DNA of 38,818 bases, taken from the IMG/VR virus record IMGVR_UViG_2651869695_000012, one strand, 5' to 3'. The notes under the pieces are model-generated. The model did no database searches, was not told the DNA's origin, and worked only from the letters and a program-made list of their open reading frames with translations. A program made the position numbers and the translations under genes. This DNA is from a virus (taxonomy: Duplodnaviria > Heunggongvirae > Uroviricota > Caudoviricetes). Shown here one piece after another: positions 37,434-38,818 of this stretch (positions within the stretch are counted from its first letter, which is position 1; each line of letters begins with the position of its first letter).

Positions 37434-37474
37434 CCACTCCTTATTTCTGTAAGGATAAGGAGTGGTGTTTTTAT
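37434..37474 (+). terminator. Intrinsic terminator after the deaminase gene, between the convergent deaminase and integrase genes
   Basis: 11-bp perfect stem CCACTCCTTAT / ATAAGGAGTGG (37434-37444 / 37455-37465) followed by TGTTTTT. Confidence 0.65.
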
Positions 37475-37579
37475 AAGTATAATGACCGTCTCTTCATAAA
37501 TCGGCAAATCGAAATATCAGCAACCAGTTAATTATAATCCAAGAATCATTACTATTTTCTTACTCTGTATGTCTATTCA

Positions 37580-38818
37580 TTATTCAATAGGCTGTCTGTT
37601 GGAACCTAAATTAGTGTAAGTAAGAATCGAATCAACCCTATCCCACCATGCCTGATAGGCTTTACGCTGTTCTTCTAGATAATCGCTCTTATCATAAACT
37701 TGCCATACCCCTGGCAGTTTATGACCGAGCATTATTTCAGCAATATGAGGCGCAGTAAGATCAGAAAAGTTTGTTCGTGCTGTTCGTCTCAAATCATGAA
37801 GAGACCAATGAGGAAATTGATACCCCAAACGCCGCCATGCGTACTGCATTAAATTGTAAGGCAGCGACTGCAATGATGTTCGACCAACTGGCTCCTTGCT
37901 TCCTTCCTTGGTAAAAAGCATATCGGAACCGTTGTTCATAGAGATAACGTATTTTATAAGCTCTTCAACCGGTTCAATAATGGGGCGCTTTAGCGGTTCG
38001 CCTGTTATATCACCTGTCTTATGTCGTTCTGGCGGTACAGTCCATACCTTATTAATGAAATCAAAATCATCCACCCTGGCAGTAATCAGCTCTGAACTAC
38101 GACAGCCGAAATGCAGCAATAGTTTAATGAAGGCCCGGTATTTGGGAACCATTCGAGAACCATCGATCGCAGCATAAAGAATTTTAATTTCATCGTGTGT
38201 CAGAAACCGTTTCTTCTGACCTTTACGGATATCCATATCTTTCCCCGTGATGTCCGACAGCGGGCGAGTTTCAATAAACTTTCTCTTATACGCCCAGACA
38301 TGGGCCTGCTTTGCGTTAATTAGCAATCGGTCTGCTATTGCTGGAGTCTTAGTGCTAAGAGGCTCCAGGACCTCTAACCAATCATGCAATGTAGCTGCAT
38401 CGTGAGGGATACTCCCGATTTTAGAGAACAGATGCAGTTCAAATGAGCGGAGTATCTGCTCAGAACCTTTTTTATTTTTTACACAATATGCTTCATACCA
38501 GGCACGGATCACAGACTCTACCGTCATGGCTTCAGTAGCTTTGCGTTTTTCTGCCTGCCTGACCAATCGTGGATTGCGGTTTGACTCAAGTTCACCACGA
38601 AGACGGATAACTTCTTCTCTGGCCTCTTTTAATCCAGTTGCCGGGTAAGTTCCGATATCAAGTCGCTCGCCTTTCCCTGCCCATTGATAACGATATTGGA
38701 ACACTACGCGACCTTTCGGTGATACTCTGACAGACAGACCATCACGATCTGATTTAACCAAAACCTTATCGCGTTCCTTTCCAACGACTGAACGCAACCA
38801 CGCATCAGACAGCGCCAT
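37580..38818 (-). CDS. int: Tyrosine recombinase / integrase (P4-type with N-terminal arm-binding domain)
   Basis: 412 aa; start ATG at the last three bases of the window; C-terminal catalytic motifs HDLRRT and LGHK...Y; N-terminal MALSDAWLRSV typical of P4-like integrases. Confidence 0.9.
   Translation of the reverse strand: MALSDAWLRSVVGKERDKVLVKSDRDGLSVRVSPKGRVVFQYRYQWAGKGERLDIGTYPATGLKEAREEVIRLRGELESNRNPRLVRQAEKRKATEAMTVESVIRAWYEAYCVKNKKGSEQILRSFELHLFSKIGSIPHDAATLHDWLEVLEPLSTKTPAIADRLLINAKQAHVWAYKRKFIETRPLSDITGKDMDIRKGQKKRFLTHDEIKILYAAIDGSRMVPKYRAFIKLLLHFGCRSSELITARVDDFDFINKVWTVPPERHKTGDITGEPLKRPIIEPVEELIKYVISMNNGSDMLFTKEGSKEPVGRTSLQSLPYNLMQYAWRRLGYQFPHWSLHDLRRTARTNFSDLTAPHIAEIMLGHKLPGVWQVYDKSDYLEEQRKAYQAWWDRVDSILTYTNLGSNRQPIE

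Overview
The window is almost entirely one lambdoid (lambda/P21/DLP12-like) prophage, with its late operon on the minus strand. Read along the minus strand from high to low coordinates, it runs: cro-like and CII-like regulators, a replication initiator with embedded iterons, a nin-like region (Dam methylase, RusA, KilA-N, DUF968, Q antiterminator), a moron island, a P21-type lysis cassette, a putative cos, terminase, portal, a protease-capsid fusion, and a full lambda-like tail set (Z, U, V, G/G-T, H, M, L, K, I, J, partial lom). On the plus strand, a CI-like repressor at 30788..31480 is divergent from cro and followed by a ~650-nt structured non-coding leader, a YfdPQRST-like accessory operon and an excisionase-like gene. 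The most notable feature is an AT-rich cargo locus at 35292..37474, wedged between the excisionase and a convergent P4-type integrase. It encodes a 531-aa protein with a degenerate P-loop N-terminus and a zinc dCMP/cytidine-deaminase C-terminus, which I interpret as an AvcD/DCD-type nucleotide-depletion anti-phage gene. Other points of interest are a DicF-like hairpin in the leader, two orphan DNA methyltransferases, two lipoprotein morons, and a non-canonical G-T frameshift site. All calls rest on reading the sequence and on remembered protein families; no database search was run.
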